Source: Chloroflexota bacterium (lineage in GTDB: Bacteria > Chloroflexota > UBA11872 > VXOZ01). From it: a DNA stretch of 64,000 nucleotides. This document shows, one piece after another, positions 30,307 to 39,537 of this stretch (position 1 is its first letter; each line of letters opens with the position of its first letter). The stretch spans positions 640,001 through 704,000 of the forward strand of contig CAXXVD010000001.1 of assembly GCA_963662335.2 (NCBI GenBank), in the 5' to 3' direction. The notes under the pieces were generated by a model that ran no database searches, was not told the DNA's origin, and saw nothing but the letters and a program-made list of their open reading frames with translations. Made by a program: the position numbers and the translations under genes.

Positions 30307-31971
30307 GTGCCAGCCACCAATGAAGCCTACTCCCCCCGGCCGATCAGCGAGATTGCCGAGCGTCTCGGCCTGCAGGACGGCGAATTCAGCAATTACGGCC
30401 CGCACATGGGCAAAGTGCGGACGAGCGTGCTGGAGCGGCTGGCGGACAAGCCCGACGGCAAGCTGATTCTCGTTACCGCCATCTCGCCCACCGCGGCCGG
30501 CGAGGGCAAGACCACCGTCACCGTGGGCCTGGCGCAGACACTCTACAGCATGGGCAAGAATGCGCTTTCGTGCACGCGCGAGCCGTCGTTGGGGCCGGTT
30601 TTCGGCATCAAGGGCGGGGCCACCGGCGGCGGCAAGGCCACGCTCGCGCCCGCGCTGGAGATAAACCTGCACTTCACCGGCGATTTCCACGCCGTCACCG
30701 CCGCGCACAACCTGCTCGCCGCCATGCTCGACAACCACCTGCACCAGGGCAACGCGCTCGGCATCGACCCCCGGCGCGTCACCTGGCGGCGTACGCTCGA
30801 CATGAACGACCGCGCCCTGCGCAACGTCGTCATCGGCCTGGGCGGACGCGCCGAGGGCGTGCCGCGCGAGAGCGGCTTCGACATCACGCCCGCGTCCGAG
30901 ATCATGGCGATTCTCTGCCTCTCCGGCGACCTGGCCGACCTCAAGCAGCGCCTGGGCCGCATCATCGTGGGCGAGACCTACGACCGCCAGCCGGTCACCG
31001 CCGCCGACCTCAAGGCCCACGCCGCCATGACAATCCTGCTGCGGGAGGCCATCCACCCAAATCTCGTGCAGAACATGGCCGGCGGGCCGGCGCTGGTGCA
31101 CGGCGGGCCGTTTGGCAACATCGCCCACGGCTGCAACTCGATCATCGCCACGCGGGCCGGGCTGAAACTTGCCGACTACGTGGTGACGGAAGCCGGTTTT
31201 GGCACCGACTTGGGCGCGGAAAAGTTCTTCAACATCAAGTGCCGTCGCGCCGGCCTGGCCCCGGACGCGGTCGTGCTGGTCGCCACCGTGCGCGCCCTCA
31301 AGCTGCACGGCGGCGTGCGTCCCGCCGACCTGGGGACGGAAAACACGGACGCCGTAGCAAAGGGCCTCGCCAACCTGGGGAAACACATAGATAACATCCG
31401 GCAGTTTGGCCTGAATCTCGTCGTGGCGCTCAACCGCTTTCCTTCCGACACCGCCAACGAGATGCGCGTGGTTGCGGATTTCTGCGCGGCGGCCGGCGTG
31501 CCCGCGGCGGAGACCGACGTCTTTGCCCGGGGCGTAGACGGCGGCCGGGCCTTGGCGGAAGCCGTCCTGCCCCTGGTAGAGAAGCCAGCGCCGGGCGCGT
31601 TCCGGCTGCTCTATGCCGACGACGCGCCGCTAAAGGAGAAGATCGGCACAATCGCCCGCGAGATCTACGGCGCGGCCAAGGTCAGCTACGCCCCCGCCGC
31701 CAACCGCGCCCTGCGCCAACTGGAACGCCGGGGCTTCGGCGGCCTGCCCATCTGCATGGCCAAGACCCAATCGTCGTTCTCGGACAATCCCCGCCGGCTG
31801 GGCGCGCCCTCGGGCTTCACCATCACCGTGCGCGACGTCAAGCTCTCAGCCGGCGCCGGCTTCGTCATTCCCATGACCGGCGACATCATGACCATGCCCG
31901 GCCTGCCCGCAACCCCGGCCGCGGACGGCATGACCATCGACGCCGCCGGTAACGTCGGGGGCGTGGATTAG
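30307..31971 (+). CDS. fhs: Formate--tetrahydrofolate ligase
   Basis: TAISPTAAGEGKTT, EPSLGPVFGIKGGATGGG, HGGPFGNIAHG, TEAGFGTDLGAEKF, MTMPGLP. Confidence 0.97.
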   Translation: MPATNEAYSPRPISEIAERLGLQDGEFSNYGPHMGKVRTSVLERLADKPDGKLILVTAISPTAAGEGKTTVTVGLAQTLYSMGKNALSCTREPSLGPVFGIKGGATGGGKATLAPALEINLHFTGDFHAVTAAHNLLAAMLDNHLHQGNALGIDPRRVTWRRTLDMNDRALRNVVIGLGGRAEGVPRESGFDITPASEIMAILCLSGDLADLKQRLGRIIVGETYDRQPVTAADLKAHAAMTILLREAIHPNLVQNMAGGPALVHGGPFGNIAHGCNSIIATRAGLKLADYVVTEAGFGTDLGAEKFFNIKCRRAGLAPDAVVLVATVRALKLHGGVRPADLGTENTDAVAKGLANLGKHIDNIRQFGLNLVVALNRFPSDTANEMRVVADFCAAAGVPAAETDVFARGVDGGRALAEAVLPLVEKPAPGAFRLLYADDAPLKEKIGTIAREIYGAAKVSYAPAANRALRQLERRGFGGLPICMAKTQSSFSDNPRRLGAPSGFTITVRDVKLSAGAGFVIPMTGDIMTMPGLPATPAADGMTIDAAGNVGGVD

Positions 31972-32099
31972 GCGATGCGGCGGCGAGGCGCCGGCCCTGC
32001 CCGCTCTATTCTCTCCCTAACCCTCTCACTCGATAGGGAGTGAAATCTGCGCCCTTGAACCAGGATGTGCAAGAATCTCCATAACGAAAGGGCTGAAAG

Positions 32100-33224
32100 A
32101 TGTCGCAGAAGAAACCGCTCCGCGTTGCCATGGTTGGGCTGCGGCACCCGCACGTGGGCAGCCTGGACCCGGCACGGCCCGCGCCCGGGTACGTGCACAC
32201 CTTCAAGCAGATCCCCGAGGCGCAGATAGTTGCCTATTGCGAGGACAGCGACTCGACGCTGTTGGACCAGGCGCGCGCGTTCGATCCGGCGGCCCGCGTC
32301 TACGCGAGTGTGGACGAACTCCTGGCCAAGGAGGATTTTGCGCTTGCGTGCGTCGTCCTGCCCGCGAACGAAATCCCCGCCGTGGGCATCAAGCTGGCGA
32401 AAGCCGGCAAGCACTTCTTCGTGGAAAAGCAGTTCGCGCGCACGGCGGCCGACCTGGCGCCGCTGGTGGCAGCCGTGGCGCGACATGGCGTGAAGGCGCT
32501 TGCCGGCTATCCCTGGCGCTTTCATCCCGCGATGCTCGACCTCAAGCAGTTCATCGACCAGGGCGTCCTGGGCGCGCCGCTCTCGTTGGAAAGCCGCCTG
32601 GTCACCACCCAGGTGCGCCCCGGCAGCCGCGAGCCAACTCACTTCATGTTCACTGCCGCCAACGAGGGCGGCGGCGTGCTGCACATGCTGGGCGGACACT
32701 ATCTCGAATTGATGCGCCATCTCGTGGGCTGCGAGGTCAAGACCGTGCAGGCGCTCACCGGCCGGCCGGTGGGGCACATCGACGCGCCGCTGGAGGACGT
32801 GGCGGTGGTGGCCATGGAGTACGAGAACGGCGCGCTCGGCAGCCTGCACGCCGCCTACGCGCAGCCGCCGCTGGCGGAAGGATACGACTCGAGCCTCGTC
32901 TATCGCGGCGCGCGCGGCTGGGCCGACTGGACGCCGGTGGGCGGGCAGAGCCTGGAGATTGTCAGCGAAGCGCCCGCGTGGGCCGGCGCACCCCGCAAGC
33001 GCATCACGTATTCGCCGGCGCAGATGGCCGTCTACGGCGGCCACCGCTGGTCCTACGACATCATGCGGCAGTTCGTGCAAGAGCTCCACACCACGCGCCC
33101 GCCCGCGGTGACGCTGCGCGACGCGCTTCACGTGCTGCAAGTCATCGAGGCCGCGTATGAGGCGGCGCGGACGGGGAGGCAGGTGGAGGTGGAGTACGGC
33201 ACGGGCGCCGCCGGAGAGAAGTAA
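32100..33224 (+). CDS. Gfo/Idh/MocA family oxidoreductase
   Basis: VAMVGLRHPH, GKHFFVEK, GGGVLHMLGGHY. Confidence 0.88.
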   Translation: MSQKKPLRVAMVGLRHPHVGSLDPARPAPGYVHTFKQIPEAQIVAYCEDSDSTLLDQARAFDPAARVYASVDELLAKEDFALACVVLPANEIPAVGIKLAKAGKHFFVEKQFARTAADLAPLVAAVARHGVKALAGYPWRFHPAMLDLKQFIDQGVLGAPLSLESRLVTTQVRPGSREPTHFMFTAANEGGGVLHMLGGHYLELMRHLVGCEVKTVQALTGRPVGHIDAPLEDVAVVAMEYENGALGSLHAAYAQPPLAEGYDSSLVYRGARGWADWTPVGGQSLEIVSEAPAWAGAPRKRITYSPAQMAVYGGHRWSYDIMRQFVQELHTTRPPAVTLRDALHVLQVIEAAYEAARTGRQVEVEYGTGAAGEK

Positions 33225-33327
33225 TGCGTGTCTTACTACGCATCCCCAATGCTGTCGCGTGAACCGCTGCGACACCAACAGTGACGGTCGCGCACCGGCA
33301 AGCGCCTTGAAACTCTCGCATGACGGC

Positions 33328-33606
33328 ATAGGGGCGCGACATGTCGTGCCCCTACGCCGTTTCGACCGCGAACGTGACCGGGCGTCTTACGCCGTGCGCG
33401 GCCGGCTGCGGTATAATCGAAACGCGCTGGCAGATTGAGAGCAATCACCATGGCCTTTCTTTGGGCACCCAGGGGAATGAAAACCGGCGGCTGGCTACAT
33501 GGCCGTCATTCCCGTGAAAGCGGGAATCCATCTTCGCCGCGCACGCAGTGGATTCCCGCTTTCGCGGGAATGACGGAGTTGATAGTGCAGTTTCCATGGT
33601 AACGAC
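33328..33606. repeat. GTAGGGGC-type REP (33328-33355) and composite CGTCATTCCC doublet element (33444-33606)
   Basis: Homologous to 7705-7866. Confidence 0.8.
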
Positions 33607-33622
33607 TTGAGGGCGGACGGCT

Positions 33623-34450
33623 GTGAACGTTGGCATGCTCTACCATCCCGGACGCGAGCAGGCGCACGCGCTGGCTACGGTGCTGCACTCGGTCATCGAG
33701 AAAGAGGGGCACGAAGCCTGGCACGTGCCGGTGGAGGCCGAGGACGAATGGCACGAGCGCGTGCCCGCCGCGAACCTCCTCTTTACCCTGGGCGGCGATG
33801 GCAGCATCCTGCGCGCGGCCCCGCTCTGCGCGGAGCACGACGTGCCCATGGTGGGCGTCAAGTTCGGGCGGCTGGGCTTTCTCTCGGAACTCTTGCCTAC
33901 TGAGGCGATCCAGACCTTGCCCCGGTTCCTCAACCAGGAGTACTGGATCGAGGAGCGTTCCATGCTGGACTGCCAAATCGAGGGCGAGGCCCAGCAGACC
34001 GTTGCCCTCAACGAGGCGGTAATCAGCCAGGGGCGCGTGCGGCGGGTGCTTGATATAAAGGTGTGGATCGACGACGCCTTTCTCGCCGATTACGTCGCCG
34101 ACGGCCTGATGATCTCCACCGCCACCGGTTCGACGGCGTACTCCATGGTGGCCGGCGGGCCAATCCTCCACCCGGAGGTGCGGAACATGCTCATCACGCC
34201 CATGTGCGTGCTGCGCGGGCCGACCACGCCGTTCGTCTTGCGCCAGTCGGCGCGGCTGCGGTTGCAGGTTTTCCACCAACACGAAGCGATTGTAACCATC
34301 GACGGCCTGCCGGTCGGCAACCTCGCCAACGAGGGCCTGATGCACCTGACCACCGCAACCCAAACCTGCAAGTTCGCCCGCGTGCAGGAGCGCACCTACT
34401 TCTATGAATCGCTGGTGCAAAAGCTGCGGATTCCCCTGGAAAACGCCTAG
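33623..34450 (+). CDS. nadK: NAD+ kinase
   Basis: LGGDGSIL, GRLGFL, ALNE, ADGLMISTATGSTAYS..AGGP. Confidence 0.95.
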   Translation: MNVGMLYHPGREQAHALATVLHSVIEKEGHEAWHVPVEAEDEWHERVPAANLLFTLGGDGSILRAAPLCAEHDVPMVGVKFGRLGFLSELLPTEAIQTLPRFLNQEYWIEERSMLDCQIEGEAQQTVALNEAVISQGRVRRVLDIKVWIDDAFLADYVADGLMISTATGSTAYSMVAGGPILHPEVRNMLITPMCVLRGPTTPFVLRQSARLRLQVFHQHEAIVTIDGLPVGNLANEGLMHLTTATQTCKFARVQERTYFYESLVQKLRIPLENA

Positions 34451-34458
34451 GACGCGCG

Positions 34459-36240
34459 ATGCTGGAGCGCTTGGAAATCCATGACTTCGCCCTCATCGAC
34501 GACGTGCGGGTGGCGTTCGGCGCCGGTTTCAACGTGCTTACCGGCGAGACCGGCGCGGGCAAGTCGATTATCATCGACGCCATCGGCGCGCTGCTCGGCA
34601 ACCGGGTGGGGGCCGCCGACGTGCGCAGCGGGGCAAGCGCGGCGCGCATTGCCGGCACGTTCGCGCTCGGCGCGGTCCGGCCGGCGCTGGCGGCGGCCTT
34701 GCAGGAGGTCGGCGCCGCCCTGGACGGCGACGGCCGCTTGTTGCTCTCCCGCGAGATCGCGGCCTCTGGGCGCACCACCGCCCGCATCCAGGGACGCGCC
34801 ATAGCCGTCGGCGCGCTGCAACAGGTGGCGAGCCACCTGGTCGACATTCACGGTCAAGGCGAGAATCTCTCGCTGCTCCGCCCGGCCTTGCAGTTGGACT
34901 TCCTCGATCGCTTCGGCGGTCTCGATGACCTGCGGCAGCAAGTCGCGGCCGCGTGGCGCGCGCTGCAGGCGGCGCAAACGGAACTGCGGCATCTGCGGCA
35001 GGATACGCGGGAGTTGGCCCAGCGCGCCGACCTGCTGGCGTTTCAAACTCAGGAAATCGCGGACGCGGGTCTGGCGCCGGGTGAAGAGGAAGCCCTGCGC
35101 GCCGAGTACCGGCGGCTGCGGCATAGCGCGGAACTGGCCGCGCTCACGGCCGGCGTGCTGGAGGCGCTCAGCGACGCCGACGAACCCGCCCGGCCCGCCG
35201 GCGTGTGGCTGGATGAGGCGGTCAGGTCGCTCCGGCGCTTGGCCGAACTTGATCCTGAGACAGAGCCGCATCTCCAGGCCGGACAAGAAGTCTCGGCGCA
35301 GTTGGAAGAGTTGGCGGCGGATATGCGCCGCTATGCGGACGGCTTAGAGCAGGAGCCGGGGCGCTTGCCGGAGGTGGAGGCGCGGCTGGACGTTATCGAG
35401 AGCTTGAAACGCAAGTACGGCGATAGCATCGCGGAGATCCTGGCGTACGCCGAGGCGGCGGCGGCGGAGTTGATGGGTATTCAGACCGGCGAAGACCGGG
35501 CGGCGGACCTGGCCGCGCAAGTGGAACGGCTCACTGCGGAAACCGCCGCGCGCGCCGCCGAGCTTTCGGCCCGGCGCAAGGCCGGCGCGCCGGACCTGGT
35601 TGCCGCCGTGCAGCGCGAACTGGCGCTGCTGCACATGCCAAGCATGGCGTTCGACGTGGCCGTGACGCAGGAGGAAGCGCCCGAGGGCATAGTGGTAGCG
35701 ACCGATGAGGGACCGCGCACGCTGCTGTGCGGGCCAAGCGGTATCGATACGGTCGCCTTTCTCATCAGCCCGAACCCCGGCGAACCGCTGAAGCCGCTGG
35801 CAACTGTCGCTTCCGGCGGCGAGGCCTCCCGCCTGCTGCTGGCCCTCAAGTCGGCGCTCGCCCACGCGGACGAGACGCCCGTGCTGGTCTTCGACGAGAT
35901 CGAAATCGGCGTGGGCGGCCGCGGCGGCGCGGTGCTGGGCGAGAAGATGTGGAGCCTGGCGGGCAGCCACCAGGTGATCTGCGTGACGCACCTGCCCCAG
36001 GTGGCGGCCTATGCCGACCACCACTTCTTCATCCAAAAGGCAACGACAGGCAGCCGCACGACGACGCAGGTGAACGCCCTGTCGGGCACGGCGCAGGTGA
36101 AAGAATTGACGGCGATGAGCGGCTCGTCCGGCGCGGCGGCCGAGCGCGGGATGCGGGACTTGCGCGCCCAAGCGCGGCGCTGGAAGGCGGAACAAGCAGG
36201 AGCGCAAGCCTCCCTGCCCCTCGCCGCGCCCTCACCCTAA
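34459..36240 (+). CDS. recN: DNA repair protein RecN
   Basis: LTGETGAGKS, DIHGQ, ASGGEASR, VFDEIEIGVGG, VTHLPQVA. Confidence 0.96.
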   Translation: MLERLEIHDFALIDDVRVAFGAGFNVLTGETGAGKSIIIDAIGALLGNRVGAADVRSGASAARIAGTFALGAVRPALAAALQEVGAALDGDGRLLLSREIAASGRTTARIQGRAIAVGALQQVASHLVDIHGQGENLSLLRPALQLDFLDRFGGLDDLRQQVAAAWRALQAAQTELRHLRQDTRELAQRADLLAFQTQEIADAGLAPGEEEALRAEYRRLRHSAELAALTAGVLEALSDADEPARPAGVWLDEAVRSLRRLAELDPETEPHLQAGQEVSAQLEELAADMRRYADGLEQEPGRLPEVEARLDVIESLKRKYGDSIAEILAYAEAAAAELMGIQTGEDRAADLAAQVERLTAETAARAAELSARRKAGAPDLVAAVQRELALLHMPSMAFDVAVTQEEAPEGIVVATDEGPRTLLCGPSGIDTVAFLISPNPGEPLKPLATVASGGEASRLLLALKSALAHADETPVLVFDEIEIGVGGRGGAVLGEKMWSLAGSHQVICVTHLPQVAAYADHHFFIQKATTGSRTTTQVNALSGTAQVKELTAMSGSSGAAAERGMRDLRAQARRWKAEQAGAQASLPLAAPSP

Positions 36241-36572
36241 CCCTCTCCCAGAGTGAGAGGGCCGGGGTGAGGGGGATAATTCTCTTGCCCGTGCCCTTGC
36301 GCAGGCCGTTCGCCCTGAGCCAAGTCGAAGAGTGAGCGGCGACGGCATGGCCAAGAGGCGGGGGACAAGCCCCCGCGCTGCGCCGTCATGCCCGCGCCTA
36401 ACCGCTATACGGGCGTTTGTCCGTCATTCCCGCTTGCGCGGGAATCCATCTTTTCTTGGGTACGCGAGTTGCCCAGCAGGCGCGGCACTTCGACAGGCTC
36501 AGCGCGAACGGAGAGCAGCGACGTCACTCGCTGCCCCGCCGGGCGGGCGCAGGTTGCAAACCTGCGCTTACC
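36229..36572. repeat. Mosaic cluster of five REP families between convergent genes
   Basis: CCCTCACCCTAACCCTCTCCC, CCGTTCGCCCTGAGC, GCGGGGGACAAGCCCCCGCGCT, CGTCATTCCCGC..GGGAATCC, GCAGGTTGCAAACCTGCGC. Confidence 0.85.
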
Positions 36573-36683
36573 GTCCAGCGGCGCGGCGGACTTGGAATCC
36601 AAGACGCCCACAGGGGCGTGGTGGACGCTCCTGTGGGCGTTGGTTCGCGGGCAGCGCGTCTGCGCCGGTGCGCGCAATGGCGG

Positions 36684-37136
36684 CTACTTGCCTACGCGGA
36701 CCTTGAGCCGCTTCGACTTGGCCTTCTCCTCCTTGGGCAGGCGCACCGTGAAGATGCCGTTTGCCCAGGAAACGGCGGCGTCATCGGCGTAGACCGCGCT
36801 GGGCAGGGTGTAGGCAATTTCGAACTCGCCGTCGGGCAGATTGCGCCAGATGCGGGTTGCCGCCTCGGCCTCCGGGCGCTGGTAGCGGCCCTTGACGATC
36901 AGACTTCCCTTGCTCAGGGTGATCTCCACGTCGTCCGGGTTCGCGCCCGGAATTGCCAACTCCAGCAGGTAGGCCTCGTCAGTCTCCCACAGGTTGGAAG
37001 GGAAACCGCGCTGGGCGTGGGACGTGGCGCCGTTGCTGAAGAGACCCGAGCCAAAGAGCGGCCGCTCGAAAAGGCGATCGAAGACGTCCTGGGCCGTCGC
37101 GAACGTGTGAGGCTCGTAGCGCTTGAGTTCAGCCAT
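36684..37136 (-). CDS. Hsp20/alpha-crystallin small heat-shock protein
   Basis: NLWETDEAYLLELAIPG, GEFEIAYTLP, NGIFTVRLPK; AGGAGG RBS. Confidence 0.93.
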   Translation of the reverse strand: MAELKRYEPHTFATAQDVFDRLFERPLFGSGLFSNGATSHAQRGFPSNLWETDEAYLLELAIPGANPDDVEITLSKGSLIVKGRYQRPEAEAATRIWRNLPDGEFEIAYTLPSAVYADDAAVSWANGIFTVRLPKEEKAKSKRLKVRVGK

Positions 37137-37186
37137 CGTGTTACCTCCTGATGTGTGCTGAGTGATGAACCGCGCTTTCTGACTCC

Positions 37187-37250
37187 ATTCTAGAATATGC
37201 GTCTCACTGTGTCAAGTATCTTTAGTATATTTTATTAGATAATATCTAAT
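37187..37250 (-). promoter_or_regulatory. Consensus promoter of hsp20 plus upstream perfect palindrome
   Basis: TTGACA (37215-37210)-17 bp-TAGAAT; ATTAGATA-A-TATCTAAT at 37234-37250. Confidence 0.7.
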
Positions 37251-37492
37251 CATAGGAGGCATATCCGTGAGTTCGCGGATCTACACCAGGAGAGAAGCGC
37301 CCTCGATTCCTCGCTCCGCTCGGCATGACGCGAAAACTGCGCTTGGGGTGACATGAAGGCTGCGCTCGACGAATGGCATGAAACGCAGCCTTGCACGGCT
37401 ATCACGTCTCGCTCTGCCAATTCCGGCTCTTACCGGCAGACGTCCCACGCGGCTATAATGGAAGAGCAACCCTAACCGGAGGAGAAGGGCCT

Positions 37493-37918
37493 ATGCGGAA
37501 GATCCTTGGCGTGATTCTGGGCGTACTGACCGCCAATGGTGTCTTCTTTCTCGTAAGCCTCGCGGCTAACCGCATCTACCCCACGCCGGCGGAACTGATG
37601 GACCCGCAAACACCGGAAGCCACGGCCCTGCGGGTAGCCGCCGCTGAGACGAACGGCCTGGTGTTGGTGATGCTCGGGGCCGCTTTGGGCGGACTCGTGG
37701 GCGGTTTCATTGGGGCCAAGATGGCCAGAAGCAGCGACTTCGCCGTCACCAGCGCCATCGGTGGACTCCTTTCCCTGTGGGCCGTTTACTCGTTCTACGT
37801 CTTCTATCCGGCGCGTCTGTGGTTTCCCGGCGGTATGCTCGTTGCGTTCCTGCTCTCCACCTATCTTGGAGGCGTTGTGGCGCGGCGCTCCCGAGCGGAA
37901 TTGACCGACCGCAGTTGA
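37493..37918 (+). CDS. Hypothetical 4-TM membrane protein
   Basis: GGAGG RBS, TATAAT upstream, four hydrophobic segments. Confidence 0.8.
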   Translation: MRKILGVILGVLTANGVFFLVSLAANRIYPTPAELMDPQTPEATALRVAAAETNGLVLVMLGAALGGLVGGFIGAKMARSSDFAVTSAIGGLLSLWAVYSFYVFYPARLWFPGGMLVAFLLSTYLGGVVARRSRAELTDRS

Positions 37919-38142
37919 CACGACCGGTTCCTGGGGAATGCGCTACCCGGTGCGCAGCGTCCAGCCAGCTTGGCGAGACGCTGATGCAGGCCCCTTGCGC
38001 GATGCAGACGGGACTGGCAGCCGCCGGCCACCGCCACGTAAGCGCCGCGCTCATTCAATCCCCGCGTCCGGTATATAATTGCGCCTGGAACCTACGCTAC
38101 CTTGAATGTTTTGCTGGAAGACCGAGACGTGAGGAGTATGGC

Positions 38143-39363
38143 ATGGCGACGGTACAGACATCGGGCGAGGCGTTGGATACGCTGCTGCACCGGGGCGTGG
38201 TGGACGCGGTGGTACGCGCCGACCTGGAACGCATGTTGCGGTCCGGCAAACCGCTGCGCATCAAGTTCGGCGTGGACCCCAGCCGGCCGGACCTGCACCT
38301 GGGCCACGCGGTGGGTTTTCGCAAGATCCGCCAGTTCCAGCAGTTGGGGCACCGCGTGATCATCATCATCGGCGACTGGACCGCCCGCATCGGCGATCCG
38401 TCGGGCCGCTCCGACACCCGCCAGATGCTCAGCGCGGCAGAGGTGCGCGCCAACGCCCAGACGTACCTGGACCAGATGGGGAAGATCGTGGACGTGGAAA
38501 ACCTGGAAGTGGCGTGGCAGACGTCGTGGTTCGAGGATTTTTCCCTGGAGGACGTGGTGCGCCTCTGCGCCAAGTACACCGTGAACCGCATGCTCGACCG
38601 TGACGACTTCGCTACCCGCTACAAGGGTGGGCAGGCCGTCTCGGTGGTGGAATTCTTGTATCCCCTGTTGCAAGCGTATGACTCTGTCGCGATTAAGGCC
38701 GACGTGGAACTGGGCGGCACCGACCAGTACTTCAACTTCCAGGTGGCCCGCGACATCATGCCGTCCCACGGCCTGCCGCCGCAGCAGTTCCTCACCTGGC
38801 CGCTGCTGGTGGGCACCGACGGCACGCGCAAGATGAGCAAGAGCTACGACAACTACGTGGCGATCACCGATGAGCCAAACGAGATGTACGGCAAGGTGAT
38901 GTCGCTCACCGACGACGTGATGCGCGACTACTTCGAGACGCTGACGGACATCCCGGCGCCGGATTTGGATGAGATGTTTAGCGAAATGGCTGCCGAACGG
39001 CGCAACCCCCGCGACGTGAAAGCCCGCCTGGCCCGCGAGATCGTGGCCCAGTTCCACGACGAGGCCGCCGCAGAGTCCGCCGAGGCCGAGTTCATCCGCC
39101 GGTTCCGCCAACGCGCGCTGCCCAGCGACATCCCGTCAATCCCCCTGAACGACACCCTACGCAACGCCCACACCATCGTAGACGCCCTCATCGCCGCCAA
39201 CCTCGCCCAGAGCCGCTCCGAGGCCCGCCGCCTCGTCCAACAAGGCGGCGTCCGCCTCGACACCACCCGCGTCACCGACCCCAACACGCCCTACACCGCC
39301 AAAGCGGGGCAAGTCTTCCAGGTCGGCAAGCGGAAGTTCGGCAAGGTGGGCGAGAGCGCCTAA
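38143..39363 (+). CDS. tyrS: Tyrosine--tRNA ligase
   Basis: GVDPSRPDLHLGH, YPLLQAYD, GGTDQ, KMSKS, C-terminal S4 domain. Confidence 0.97.
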   Translation: MATVQTSGEALDTLLHRGVVDAVVRADLERMLRSGKPLRIKFGVDPSRPDLHLGHAVGFRKIRQFQQLGHRVIIIIGDWTARIGDPSGRSDTRQMLSAAEVRANAQTYLDQMGKIVDVENLEVAWQTSWFEDFSLEDVVRLCAKYTVNRMLDRDDFATRYKGGQAVSVVEFLYPLLQAYDSVAIKADVELGGTDQYFNFQVARDIMPSHGLPPQQFLTWPLLVGTDGTRKMSKSYDNYVAITDEPNEMYGKVMSLTDDVMRDYFETLTDIPAPDLDEMFSEMAAERRNPRDVKARLAREIVAQFHDEAAAESAEAEFIRRFRQRALPSDIPSIPLNDTLRNAHTIVDALIAANLAQSRSEARRLVQQGGVRLDTTRVTDPNTPYTAKAGQVFQVGKRKFGKVGESA

Positions 39364-39537
39364 CCGCAATTCGATGGGGTACGTCGACGCTCCCGGAGAG
39401 GATCGCGCACGGTGGGGGTGTCGCATCCCGAAACCCCTAGAATCTTAACGTTCATCATCTTGTTGAGCGCCCAAAGCCGGTGATGTACCATCGAATTACA
39501 TGGGCCCACGCTCGAACGGCCCACACCAGGTAGGAGT

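Noticed and set aside
37919-38142. T-box leader upstream of tyrS
   Set aside because: No GGTGGNACCGCG T-box; a TATAAT lies only ~65 nt before the start
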